From positions 1 through 35,592 of the IMG/VR virus record IMGVR_UViG_3300049917_000106: DNA of 35,592 nucleotides, one strand, 5' to 3'. Of this stretch, positions 8,970 through 16,708 are shown in pieces. The stretch comes from a virus (lineage: Duplodnaviria; Caudoviricetes). The notes beneath the pieces were generated by a model. That model ran no database searches and was not told where the DNA came from. It saw only the letters and a list, made by a program, of their open reading frames with translations. The stretch's first letter is position 1; each line of letters starts with the position of its first letter. The position numbers and the translations under genes are program-made.

Positions 8970-9574
8970 GCGCCACTGGACGCGGCAGCAAGCGCAATAA
9001 GAGCGACTACTACGAAACGCCGAGAAGATTGGCCGACGCGTCGCTGGACTATATCCGATCGCATTACGCCGTCACTCCAAGCGTAACTCGGCCTACGCGC
9101 ATCCTCGATCCCGGCGCCGGCCGTGGTGTGTGGGGCAGAGCTGCTCGCGCCATCTGGCGGGAAGCCGAGATCGTCGGCGTAGACCGACACCGACCTCGTC
9201 CGTCCCTGGGCGGCTACGCATACGACAAATGGTATCGATGTAGTTACACAACCTTTGAGAGGTACTACCACTATCGCAAGCCCGACCTGATCATCGGCAA
9301 CCCGCCCTACAGCCTGGCGCAGAGCTTCATCGAGACCAGCCTGCGCTTGCTGGCGCCGGGCGGTCTGCTGGCCTTCCTGCTCCGGATCAACCTTCTAGCC
9401 GGACAGTGCCGAGAAGAGTTCTGGCAGCGGCACCCGCTCAGCCGGCTGGTCACCTGCGTCGAGCGGCCGTCGTTCAACGGCAATGGCTCGGACGCCACTG
9501 AGTACGCGCTCTTCGTGTGGAGCGACCGCTTCTTGCTGTATGGGCCGAAGATCGAATGGATGTCGTGGAGATAG
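8966..9574 (+). CDS. Orphan amino (probably N6-adenine) DNA methyltransferase
   Basis: DYYETP, LDPGAGRG SAM-binding motif, catalytic NPPY. Confidence 0.9.
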   Translation: MSATGRGSKRNKSDYYETPRRLADASLDYIRSHYAVTPSVTRPTRILDPGAGRGVWGRAARAIWREAEIVGVDRHRPRPSLGGYAYDKWYRCSYTTFERYYHYRKPDLIIGNPPYSLAQSFIETSLRLLAPGGLLAFLLRINLLAGQCREEFWQRHPLSRLVTCVERPSFNGNGSDATEYALFVWSDRFLLYGPKIEWMSWR

Positions 9575-9578
9575 ACTG

Positions 9579-9800
9579 ATGATGAACTTCACCGTCACAC
9601 CGAATTATTTTTCCGACCTGACGCCTCGCGAGCGCGAAGTGCTCGATCTGATTGTCCTGGGCAAGACAAACCCGCAGATTGCCAGCGAGCTAACGATCGG
9701 CCGCGAGACCGTCAAGACACATGTCAGTCGCATCCTCTGGAAGCTCGGCGTATCGAGCCGTCAGGATGCACGGCTTCTGGTTTCTGGCCAAGGAGAGTAG
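9579..9800 (+). CDS. LuxR/GerE-family HTH regulator
   Basis: LTPREREVLDLIVLGKTNPQIASELTIGRETVKTHVSRILWKLGV. Confidence 0.92.
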   Translation: MMNFTVTPNYFSDLTPREREVLDLIVLGKTNPQIASELTIGRETVKTHVSRILWKLGVSSRQDARLLVSGQGE

Positions 9801-9804
9801 CCAT

Positions 9805-10041
9805 ATGTTTGTCGACGAAGGGCTGCTGCATGGGCACCGGCGGCAGTACAAAACAAACCCCAAGACCGGCGATCAGGTGGCGCTGCCCTGTCCGCGCGGA
9901 GACGAGTGCTCGCTCGTCGTCGAGACGCTTCAAGAAGCGCAGTTCCTCAGCGCGCTGGGGGTGCCGTGGATCGAGCCATGTAATCGTTCGCTTGAGGCAC
10001 TGGCACGAGCTGCCGGGAGCAGCGAGGAACGGCATACCTGA
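9805..10041 (+). CDS. Stand-alone fragment resembling the DNA polymerase X thumb
   Basis: ETLQEAQFLSALGVPWIEPCNR matches the PolX C-terminal E..F..LGL.WI.P..R pattern; AAGGAG RBS. Confidence 0.55.
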   Translation: MFVDEGLLHGHRRQYKTNPKTGDQVALPCPRGDECSLVVETLQEAQFLSALGVPWIEPCNRSLEALARAAGSSEERHT

Positions 10042-10448
10042 TGGCAACAGGTCACACCCACTCGGCAGAGACACGTCGCAAAATCGCGGAGGCGCTGCGT
10101 GGCAGGAAGCGTCCCGAAATGACGGGCGAGCGCAACCCGATGTATGGCAGACTCGGAGCGCTGAACCCAAACTGGAAGGGCGGCACGTCGCCTGAGCGCG
10201 TGCGGGTGTATTACCAGACACGCTGGAAGCGGCTGGTAAAGCTGTGCCGGGAAAGAGACAACCATCAATGCCAGAAGTGCGAAACCTGGGACCACCTGCG
10301 GACGCATCACATCTGGCCGTGGCGCAAGTTCCCGCAGTGGCGGTTTGAGTTATGGAACTTGCTCACGCTGTGCAAGACATGCCATGCGTGGGTGCACAGC
10401 AAAGAGAATGTCGAGAGGTTGTTTCTGAAGGGGGAGGAGGGGCGTTGA
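10041..10448 (+). CDS. NUMOD3-HNH endonuclease
   Basis: HSAETRRKIAEA, NPMYG, NPNWKGG, CQKC, HHI, NLLTLCKTCH. Confidence 0.9.
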   Translation: MATGHTHSAETRRKIAEALRGRKRPEMTGERNPMYGRLGALNPNWKGGTSPERVRVYYQTRWKRLVKLCRERDNHQCQKCETWDHLRTHHIWPWRKFPQWRFELWNLLTLCKTCHAWVHSKENVERLFLKGEEGR

Positions 10449-10473
10449 CAATGAATACCGGAGGGTTTATACT
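10445..10473 (+). promoter_or_regulatory. Sigma70 promoter for the xis-like gene
   Basis: TTGACA-17 bp-TATACT. Confidence 0.75.
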
Positions 10474-10502
10474 CCCCTTACACTTTAAAACGGGGTGGCG
10501 AT

Positions 10503-10715
10503 ATGCCAAAGTCAGCCGCGCGCGATTATTACACGACCAAAGAAATCGCGGCCATGATGGCCGTCAGCATTACCACGGTCGCTGAGATGATCAAGCGCGG
10601 ACGCTTTCCAGGGGCGTACAAGATCGATCCCGCACTTAGGAACTCGCCGTACCGCGTCCCTAAGACATCATACGAAAAGTTCCTACAAGAGCAGAGAGGC
10701 AAAGCCACTAAGTAA
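10503..10715 (+). CDS. Excisionase/AlpA-like HTH protein
   Basis: YYTTKEIAAMMAVSITTVAEMIKRGRFPGAYK...YRVP. Confidence 0.85.
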   Translation: MPKSAARDYYTTKEIAAMMAVSITTVAEMIKRGRFPGAYKIDPALRNSPYRVPKTSYEKFLQEQRGKATK

Positions 10716-10889
10716 GTAGCTCTGCCTCTCGCCGCACTTTTCAGTCGCAGACGTTCGCCCCGTCCTCCCTGGAAGAAGACACGGTGCGCCGTCCCCTTAC
10801 CAACCGAAGAGCGCTTGCACACCCCACGCGAGGTGGGATGGTGCGCCTGTCTTAATTGGCGATTCGTTCGCCCAGAGCCGAGCGTGTGC

Positions 10890-10926
10890 TTATGAGTCCC
10901 CTGCTCTGCCACTGAGCTACGCCGCC
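10890..10926 (-). tRNA. 5' half of a tRNA with CAT anticodon (Met or Ile2); candidate att site
   Basis: GGCGGCG-TA-GCTC-AGTGGCA-GAGC-A-GGGGA-CTCATAA; no T arm or 3' acceptor strand follows. Confidence 0.8.
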
Positions 10927-10955
10927 AAGTAAGACAATCGCGCTTTCGAGCGCGG

Positions 10956-10964
10956 ATTATACCA
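10956..10964 (-). promoter_or_regulatory. Extended -10 promoter upstream of the tRNA half
   Basis: TGGTATAAT about 30 nt upstream of the tRNA 5' end. Confidence 0.55.
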
Positions 10965-10987
10965 CGGAGTCCCCATTGTTTGGGGGA
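10963..10987 (+). repeat. 25-nt hairpin repeat copy
   Basis: CACGGAGTCCCCATTGTTTGGGGGA, 21/25 to the 30646 copy. Confidence 0.7.
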
Positions 10988-10988
10988 T

Positions 10989-11019
10989 AAAAAAGACCTC
11001 GCAAGAGGTCTTTTTATTT
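10989..11019. terminator. Bidirectional intrinsic terminator
   Basis: AAAAAGACCTC-GCAA-GAGGTCTTTTT. Confidence 0.8.
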
Positions 11020-11036
11020 CCGATAAGGAGATGCCC

Positions 11037-11327
11037 GTGTCACTCTATAACCTTGAGCGCCTGAAACTGAGCGCAGTTGATGGACGGGGGTTCGATCACG
11101 AGATCATCGTCAACGGCGAGCCGAACAACGTGATGGCAACCGTCGTTCAGCGCGAAGACGGGAGTATTCAACTGGCGCGCGCGATGGCTGCCGCGCCCGA
11201 AATGGTCAAGATACTGGGTAAAATCGCCATTTTCTTCTCGCCCTTGTCGAACGAGCACAAACTCGATCCGCCAGGCTATCAAATATGGGACGAAGCCATA
11301 GATGTTCTGAAGCGCATCGATCTATAG
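11037..11327 (+). CDS. Phage hypothetical protein
   Basis: AAGGAG RBS before GTG; ARAMAAAPEM motif common in small phage proteins. Confidence 0.7.
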   Translation: MSLYNLERLKLSAVDGRGFDHEIIVNGEPNNVMATVVQREDGSIQLARAMAAAPEMVKILGKIAIFFSPLSNEHKLDPPGYQIWDEAIDVLKRIDL

Positions 11328-11350
11328 GGTCGATAAGAAAGGTACTGGAG

Positions 11351-11611
11351 ATGCAGAAACAACTCGAAGTCTACCAGCTCTACAAAGTCTACCTGGCCGA
11401 TGGTCGCGTCGGCCGCGTGTACTCGACGTCCGAGAAGGCAGTCGAGGACGAGATCAACCAGTGGCTGAAGGAGAACCAGGTCACACGAGACGATGTCACG
11501 CTGTGGACCTGGGCCGGCTACACCACACAGGCCGAGAAGCCGGCCAACTCTTTTTACGCATATCGTCATCATTCTCGGAGGCTTGGCCTGGCTGATCAAG
11601 CAGGCCGCTGA
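11351..11611 (+). CDS. Hypothetical protein
   Basis: MQKQLEVYQ... ORF with AAAGG RBS. Confidence 0.65.
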   Translation: MQKQLEVYQLYKVYLADGRVGRVYSTSEKAVEDEINQWLKENQVTRDDVTLWTWAGYTTQAEKPANSFYAYRHHSRRLGLADQAGR

Positions 11612-11642
11612 TTCACTGAGCAACTGGCACTTATAAAAATGC

Positions 11643-11674
11643 GAGCGCGAGTGCCCCACATGACACTCGCGCTC
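11643..11674. other. 11-bp hairpin upstream of the replication gene
   Basis: GAGCGCGAGTG / CACTCGCGCTC. Confidence 0.5.
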
Positions 11675-11756
11675 CCCCTCGGGTGCAGAAACTTTCCATA
11701 CCTCTGCGCCTCCATCATATCACACCTGTCAATGCAGGCAATGGAGGTTTGTCCTG

Positions 11757-12638
11757 ATGAGCAATAAGGCCAGCAAGCTATACGACGAAATCGGGCAGTT
11801 CACAGCGATACCAGACAGCGTCATCGAGATGTGGCCGTCGATCGGCGTGGATGCCATGGCGCTGTTCGTGCACCTGAGATACCGGACCAACAAAGACAGC
11901 AAGGCCGCGTTTCCGAGCTACAGCACGATCAGCCAGGAAACGGGACTGACGCGCCGGCGCATCGCCCTGGCGATTCGTTCGCTGGAATCCAACGGATTGA
12001 TTGAGCGCCAAAAGAGGTTTGGACGCAGCACGGTTTATACGCTCAAACTTCCCAAACCTGACAGTAGTACAGACCCTGGACTACTGGACGAAACGCCCCC
12101 AGTAGTCCAGGGGGTGGACCAAAGTAGTACAGACCCTGGACTATCAGTAGTCCAGGGGGTGCACACTAACCAGATTGATCTTAACCAGATTGATCCTAAC
12201 CAGATTAAAAAGCGTGCGGCAAAGCCGCCCGCGCGCTCCAGGCCCGACAAGGCCAGCGATCCGCTCTTAAAGCATCCGGCTGTTGTGCTTTACAGAAACA
12301 CCATGAGGCTGACGCCCAACGAAGTTCAGCGCCAGGCGATAGCCGAGACGGTCGGGGAGGAGCAAGACCAGCTCCTGTTATACGGCGCCACTCTCAAATC
12401 GTGGATGGAACACGGCTGGAAGCCGACGAACGTCGCCGATCAACTGGACTGTTTCCGCAACGGGCATCGCTCAAAATACGCGGCTAATCGAAAGGACAAA
12501 GCCGATGGATCACATCTCCAAAGCAATCAACGGGCTACAGGCGACAATCCCGCCGAGCGCGAACGGCTCCAGCAGCTCGCCGACACGATCAACGCGAGAC
12601 GCCGAGAGAAGCAAGCGAGCGCAAGCAGCTATAGCTGA
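11757..12638 (+). CDS. Phage replication initiator (winged HTH, lambda O/DnaD-like layout)
   Basis: AFPSYSTISQETGLTRRRIALAIRSLESNGLI; internal iterons; followed by a DnaC-like gene. Confidence 0.88.
   Translation: MSNKASKLYDEIGQFTAIPDSVIEMWPSIGVDAMALFVHLRYRTNKDSKAAFPSYSTISQETGLTRRRIALAIRSLESNGLIERQKRFGRSTVYTLKLPKPDSSTDPGLLDETPPVVQGVDQSSTDPGLSVVQGVHTNQIDLNQIDPNQIKKRAAKPPARSRPDKASDPLLKHPAVVLYRNTMRLTPNEVQRQAIAETVGEEQDQLLLYGATLKSWMEHGWKPTNVADQLDCFRNGHRSKYAANRKDKADGSHLQSNQRATGDNPAERERLQQLADTINARRREKQASASSYS
12063..12206. repeat. Iterons, probable replication origin
   Basis: 2x AGTAGTACAGACCCTGGACTA, 2x CAGTAGTCCAGGGGGTG, about 2.7x TAACCAGATTGATCY. Confidence 0.85.
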
Positions 12639-13350
12639 ATACGCGCGGCACTTCCTGAGCCAGACCGGCTTTGCGTGCATGACCTGCCAGGACCGGGGAT
12701 ACTCGCTCGTCCCGGTCAACAGTGAGTTTCCCCGCTGCCCGGATTGTGACCGGCGTGAGCAGGTAGAACGGCTTCAGGCGCTGCAATCCCTGTCGAGCTT
12801 AAATGACGCCGAGCGACAAATCACATTGGCGGATATTGCTCTGACCAGCGGGCCGACAGACGACATGGTAGCCGCCGCGCGCTCGTTTCTGATCAACCCG
12901 CGCAACATGCTCACTTTGTGGGGCGGATCGGGCAATGCCAAGACGACTATCCTGCAAGCCGTCGTCAACGAGTGTTGGCTCGTCGGTATCTCGGCCATCT
13001 ATATCACGCTGTACGACTTAGCCGGCTACGTGCGCGAGGCGATCAACAAAGAAAACCAATCGACCTGGCGTCGCGTTCGCCGTTTTCAATCCGTGCGCGT
13101 GCTGTGCATCGACGAGTTTGATCCGGGCAAGGTCAAGGAGACTGAGTGGCTGCGCGAACTGGAGTCGGCCATTATCGATCAGCGTTACCGGGATGGCCTG
13201 GCCGGGACGGTTGGCACACTGATTGCGATGAATAGCAACCCCGCCGAGCTGCCTTACTGGATTTACAGCCGGCTGAGCGACGGCCGCAACCGCATCATCC
13301 GCAACACCGATCCAGACGTGCGGCCGATGATGAGGGACACTGCTACATGA
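12505..13350 (+). CDS. DnaC/IstB-like ATPase helicase loader
   Basis: CxxC...CxxC, Walker A-like GGSGNAKT, Walker B VLCIDE, IYSRL. Confidence 0.88.
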   Translation: MDHISKAINGLQATIPPSANGSSSSPTRSTRDAERSKRAQAAIAEYARHFLSQTGFACMTCQDRGYSLVPVNSEFPRCPDCDRREQVERLQALQSLSSLNDAERQITLADIALTSGPTDDMVAAARSFLINPRNMLTLWGGSGNAKTTILQAVVNECWLVGISAIYITLYDLAGYVREAINKENQSTWRRVRRFQSVRVLCIDEFDPGKVKETEWLRELESAIIDQRYRDGLAGTVGTLIAMNSNPAELPYWIYSRLSDGRNRIIRNTDPDVRPMMRDTAT

Positions 13351-13613
13351 TCCGAATCTCCGAGCCATGCAACACCTGCCACGACTGCGGCGGGCGCCTT
13401 GAAAGCGACGAAGAGACACAACGCGACGGCTTGCAATTCTGCGCTTGGTGCGGGGTGTTTCGCTGCTACGGCTCGCACGTCCTGGCGCTCGTCTGCCCAG
13501 ACTACTGGCGAGATGTGTACGCCTACGCCGACCCATCACCGTGCAATAGGCGCTGGCGGGCGCGAGCGTTGACGGTCATTCAACTGGCCGGGGAACTGGC
13601 CGGGGAGCCGTAG
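13347..13613 (+). CDS. Zn-finger protein
   Basis: CHDC, CAWC; coupled to upstream gene. Confidence 0.65.
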   Translation: MIRISEPCNTCHDCGGRLESDEETQRDGLQFCAWCGVFRCYGSHVLALVCPDYWRDVYAYADPSPCNRRWRARALTVIQLAGELAGEP

Positions 13614-13740
13614 TGCCGGCGCAGGCGCAAGTCGTCGGCGAGCTCCTGAAAGCATTTGCCGAGCATTGGCGGGAATAAGACCCGCGATAGGCCAAAATCC
13701 GACCCGGAAAGCCGTCAAGAAGGCGTCAAGTTTTAGACCC

Positions 13741-14259
13741 ATGCCGAAAGCCGTGTCTCACAGCGCACCACCCCCAAAACTCACGCCAGCGGGCCTCACG
13801 GCGATTCGGCTTGAGAGGCAGGAATCGAAGGCGCAGTTCGGCGTCACGCTCAAGCGCATGGTGAAACCGAACGCGAAGGGCGGCTACTCCAAGCAGTACA
13901 TCCACCGGCTTGAGGCGGGCGACCCGAAGACGCCGATCACAGACGCAATCGCCCGCGCCGCGCTTGCGCTGGCGGCCGTGCTCGACGGAGCCGACGAGGC
14001 GCAGGCCAGGGCAACGCCGGTTGAAGTGCTAGCGACGAACCCAAGCATCGCCGGCGCGGTGGTGTTCGGCACGGCGCAGAACTGCGCTTATCCGCCGTGC
14101 CGGGTGCGGTTCGTGCCGAGGTCATGGAATCACCGCTACCACGCGCCGAAGTGTAAGCAGGAGCATGGGAAGTGGTCGCTTCGTGAGGTTCGCGGCCAAA
14201 GCACCCGTAGTCAGAAAAAGGCAGGATTGAAAGGAGTAGACCTGACACCTGATACCTGA
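13741..14259 (+). CDS. XRE-like HTH protein with C-terminal Zn finger
   Basis: LTAIR...SKAQFG...YSKQYIHRLEAG; CAYPPC...HAPKC. Confidence 0.65.
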   Translation: MPKAVSHSAPPPKLTPAGLTAIRLERQESKAQFGVTLKRMVKPNAKGGYSKQYIHRLEAGDPKTPITDAIARAALALAAVLDGADEAQARATPVEVLATNPSIAGAVVFGTAQNCAYPPCRVRFVPRSWNHRYHAPKCKQEHGKWSLREVRGQSTRSQKKAGLKGVDLTPDT

Positions 14260-14342
14260 ACACCTTAGCACTCGTTTGACCGGCCCCTGCTCGGCCGGAG
14301 CATCAGCATCATACTTACATCGCAACCACAGGAGGAAGCACC

Positions 14343-15002
14343 ATGAGTCGCAACACGAAAGGACTGCTTTACATCGCCGCTGGAGCCGCCGCCCTGCTGT
14401 ACGCCGCCGCTGTGATCTACGGCGACATCATGTTTATTCAGGTCGTCGGCGATGCCTTTCCCGATACAGGCTTGCTCGCCAGTCTGTCGCTCGTCGGCGC
14501 GCTGGTCACGGCCGGCAGCGCGCTCATTCTGCCGCTGGCTCTGCATTTCTGGTTCTCGCCGGGCCTGCAATTCTGGTGGGGCCTGATCTACTGGCTGGCC
14601 GACATCGCCGCGCTCGCCATGAATTCGATGCTTGCCTACAAACTGGCAACCGGTCAGCCGCTCGATGGTCCGTTTGCCTCGTGGCGCGACTTCTCGCCGG
14701 CTACGCCACTACTGGCCGTACTCGGCTGGGGCCTCGTCTTCATGTTCGATCAGTCGCACACCAAACGGCACGCGATGGCTGAAATGGAAGCCGACCAGGT
14801 TGACGAGTTCAATAAGCAACTCAGGATCGCCGCCAAGTCCGACGAGGTCTTCGGCATCATTCACGGCGCAGCGGTGGATTCGGCCAACCGGTACGCGCGC
14901 GACGTGCTCTCCCAATGGGAGAAGAAGCCCCACACGAACGGCAAACAGCCAGCCGCAACACCGATGCGCGCGGACGGAGCGACGGAAGTCCCAAAAGCGT
15001 AA
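14343..15002 (+). CDS. Multi-pass membrane protein
   Basis: About 4 hydrophobic segments; AGGAGG RBS. Confidence 0.85.
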   Translation: MSRNTKGLLYIAAGAAALLYAAAVIYGDIMFIQVVGDAFPDTGLLASLSLVGALVTAGSALILPLALHFWFSPGLQFWWGLIYWLADIAALAMNSMLAYKLATGQPLDGPFASWRDFSPATPLLAVLGWGLVFMFDQSHTKRHAMAEMEADQVDEFNKQLRIAAKSDEVFGIIHGAAVDSANRYARDVLSQWEKKPHTNGKQPAATPMRADGATEVPKA

Positions 15003-15334
15003 ATGAACCCACGCCCAACTTCGATCCGTGGACGCCGGCCATAGACAAGGCGTTTGCCCGGATCGAAGACGTAGGGGGCAACGACCTGAGCATCGACGCC
15101 GGCGCGCTACAACAGGCCATGTCCTATCCGGCGCGAAGCGCCGGGGACACGCCAAGCGTAGGGGGCAGCACCGAGACCCTGCCCCCTACGCCTCAAGCCG
15201 CCGTCCGCATAGGGGGCAAGGGCTGGATCGAGATCAAGAAATTCGGAAAGAACAAGCAGCGACGCTACGCCTATTTCCGCTGGCGCGAAGGCAGGGTCAA
15301 AAAGTCTAAGTACATCGGAGTATCCACGCCATGA
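14990..15334 (+). CDS. Putative DNA-binding domain, possibly a -1 frameshift extension of the membrane protein
   Basis: Basic aromatic C-terminus YAYFRWREGRVKKSKYIG; in-phase C CCA AAA at 14990; no clear independent start. Confidence 0.55.
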   Translation, partial: PKSVNEPTPNFDPWTPAIDKAFARIEDVGGNDLSIDAGALQQAMSYPARSAGDTPSVGGSTETLPPTPQAAVRIGGKGWIEIKKFGKNKQRRYAYFRWREGRVKKSKYIGVSTP

Positions 15335-15615
15335 ACCTACTACAACTCAAACGAGCGATGGACGCCGGCCTGTTCTTCGCCGTCGCGTTCAGCGCCAAAG
15401 CGCGGCTCGAATTCGAGTTCGCCGATCGGGAGCCGGCCAGCATCGACAAACTGCCGCCCGGCCACTACCTCATCATCCAACTGCCGATGCCCCCTGCGCC
15501 TGAGTCGGGCGTGTATGCCATCGCCGAGCCGAGGCAAACCCATAGGGGGCAAGACGTAGGGGGCAACACGGAGAGCCTGCCCCCTACGCCTGCTGTGGCC
15601 GAAGCGTAGGGGGCA
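15070..15615. repeat. Eight TAGGGGGCA boxes including two REP-like hairpins
   Basis: Copies at 15070, 15157, 15180(rc), 15210, 15543, 15555, 15578(rc), 15605. Confidence 0.85.
15331..15609 (+). CDS. Hypothetical protein
   Basis: GGAG RBS, ATGA coupling; shares VGGxTExLPPTP with the upstream ORF. Confidence 0.65.
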   Translation: MNLLQLKRAMDAGLFFAVAFSAKARLEFEFADREPASIDKLPPGHYLIIQLPMPPAPESGVYAIAEPRQTHRGQDVGGNTESLPPTPAVAEA

Positions 15616-15618
15616 GAC

Positions 15619-15708
15619 GTGGCAATCAATGCCAGCCTTTTCAGCAGCGCAACCGACGAATGGAGCACGCCCGATGACCTGTACGAGCGCATCCATGCGG
15701 AGTTTGCG
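15619..15708 (+). pseudogene. N-terminal fragment of a phage Dam-type adenine methyltransferase
   Basis: LFSSATDEWSTPDDLYERIHAEF, then similarity stops. Confidence 0.65.
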
Positions 15709-16010
15709 CCTCCTGATCGCCGTGGTCAGCCTGTCCGGGACCATCTACACCATTCGCTCCAGCCGCGCCAAGCAGCAGGCCGACACATCCGCACAGCACG
15801 CGCAGACCGCCTTCACGCTCGCCCAGGCCGCCGAAATGCTCGGCCCGATCTGGAAACGCGAGCTGGAGGAGATGGGCAAAGACCTCAACGCCGCGATCGG
15901 AGAGATCGAGAAGTTCAACCAGCGCATGAACCAGGTGCTGGAAGACAAGAAGCGGCTCGAAGCGCGCGCCGCCATGCTCGACGAAAAAGCCGCCGACCTC
16001 AGCGAAGGAC
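15707..16010 (+). pseudogene. Startless TM plus coiled-coil gene fragment (lysis-accessory-like)
   Basis: LLIAVVSLSGTIYTI then a heptad-rich helix, in a different frame from the Dam fragment. Confidence 0.45.
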
Positions 16011-16044
16011 GCACCCATGCTCATACAAGCCGTCATCAAAAAAG

Positions 16045-16078
16045 TTCTGGAGGCGATGTAATACTCCACGTCATCGAG
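16045..16078. repeat. 34-bp perfect inverted repeat, copy 2
   Basis: Exact reverse complement of 8226-8259. Confidence 0.95.
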
Positions 16079-16291
16079 TCGGTTACGCCGATGGGCATTG
16101 CAATGCCTCTCGCGTTCAACCGGGTCAGCGCGTGCTCCCGATCATCGTAACCCATACGTCAATTTGGGAGCGCAAACAATCCCCTGGAGGATTGAACGGC
16201 AGGGGAGGGCGAAGAAGGTGTGATAAAACTGCCAGACTGTAGTGTACGATGAACAGTCCAGCTGCGGGGTTACACGTTCAATGCTGGCGTG

Positions 16292-16708
16292 TTAAGGGTG
16301 GGTTGCACACACGTCGCGCCCCCACCAGCGCAAGGCCATGAGACACATCAATGCCCGTGCTTGTTCGCGTGTGGTCTTGACGGCATCCGGCAGGTCTTCG
16401 TGGTCAGGCAGTGGTGGTGCTCCCGCATCGATGCGCGGCGTCGGGACGGGCGAGTCGGCGGGCAGGCAAAAGACCTCTCCGCATGGCGTCGGCGTGGGGC
16501 GATGGGGTGGTGTTAGCTCGGGCGTCGGGTCGTAGGGGTTCGGGCACGGGCTGCCCGGCGCGATTGCGATCGGATTATCCGGCAGGCAGTCTTCCGGCGA
16601 TAGTGTGGGCGTCGGCGTAACGGGCGACTGGAACGTCGACATCGCCGCCGGCGCGGGCGCCAGCCATAGAGCGGCCAGAAGTAGAGCGCAGACAAGCAGC
16701 CTCATCAT
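16292..16708 (-). CDS. Secreted Pro/Thr-rich protein
   Basis: Signal peptide MMRLLVCALLLAALWLAPAPAA; PT repeats. Confidence 0.7.
   Translation of the reverse strand: MMRLLVCALLLAALWLAPAPAAMSTFQSPVTPTPTLSPEDCLPDNPIAIAPGSPCPNPYDPTPELTPPHRPTPTPCGEVFCLPADSPVPTPRIDAGAPPLPDHEDLPDAVKTTREQARALMCLMALRWWGRDVCATHP

Noticed and set aside
10850-10926. Complete or intron-containing tRNA
   Set aside because: No T arm, 3' acceptor strand or group I intron core seen
14240-14265. ACCTGAY heptamer repeats as a functional array
   Set aside because: Only about three degenerate units; ordinary short tandem repeat
8226-16078. Diversity-generating retroelement TR/VR pair
   Set aside because: Match is short, inverted and has no adenine-specific mismatches; no reverse transcriptase
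15619-16242. Intact 207-aa methyltransferase
   Set aside because: Only the first ~30 aa resemble Dam; no catalytic motif; rest is off-frame
16020-16290. CRISPR mini-array
   Set aside because: No two near-identical repeats flank the 34-mer; no cas genes in the window
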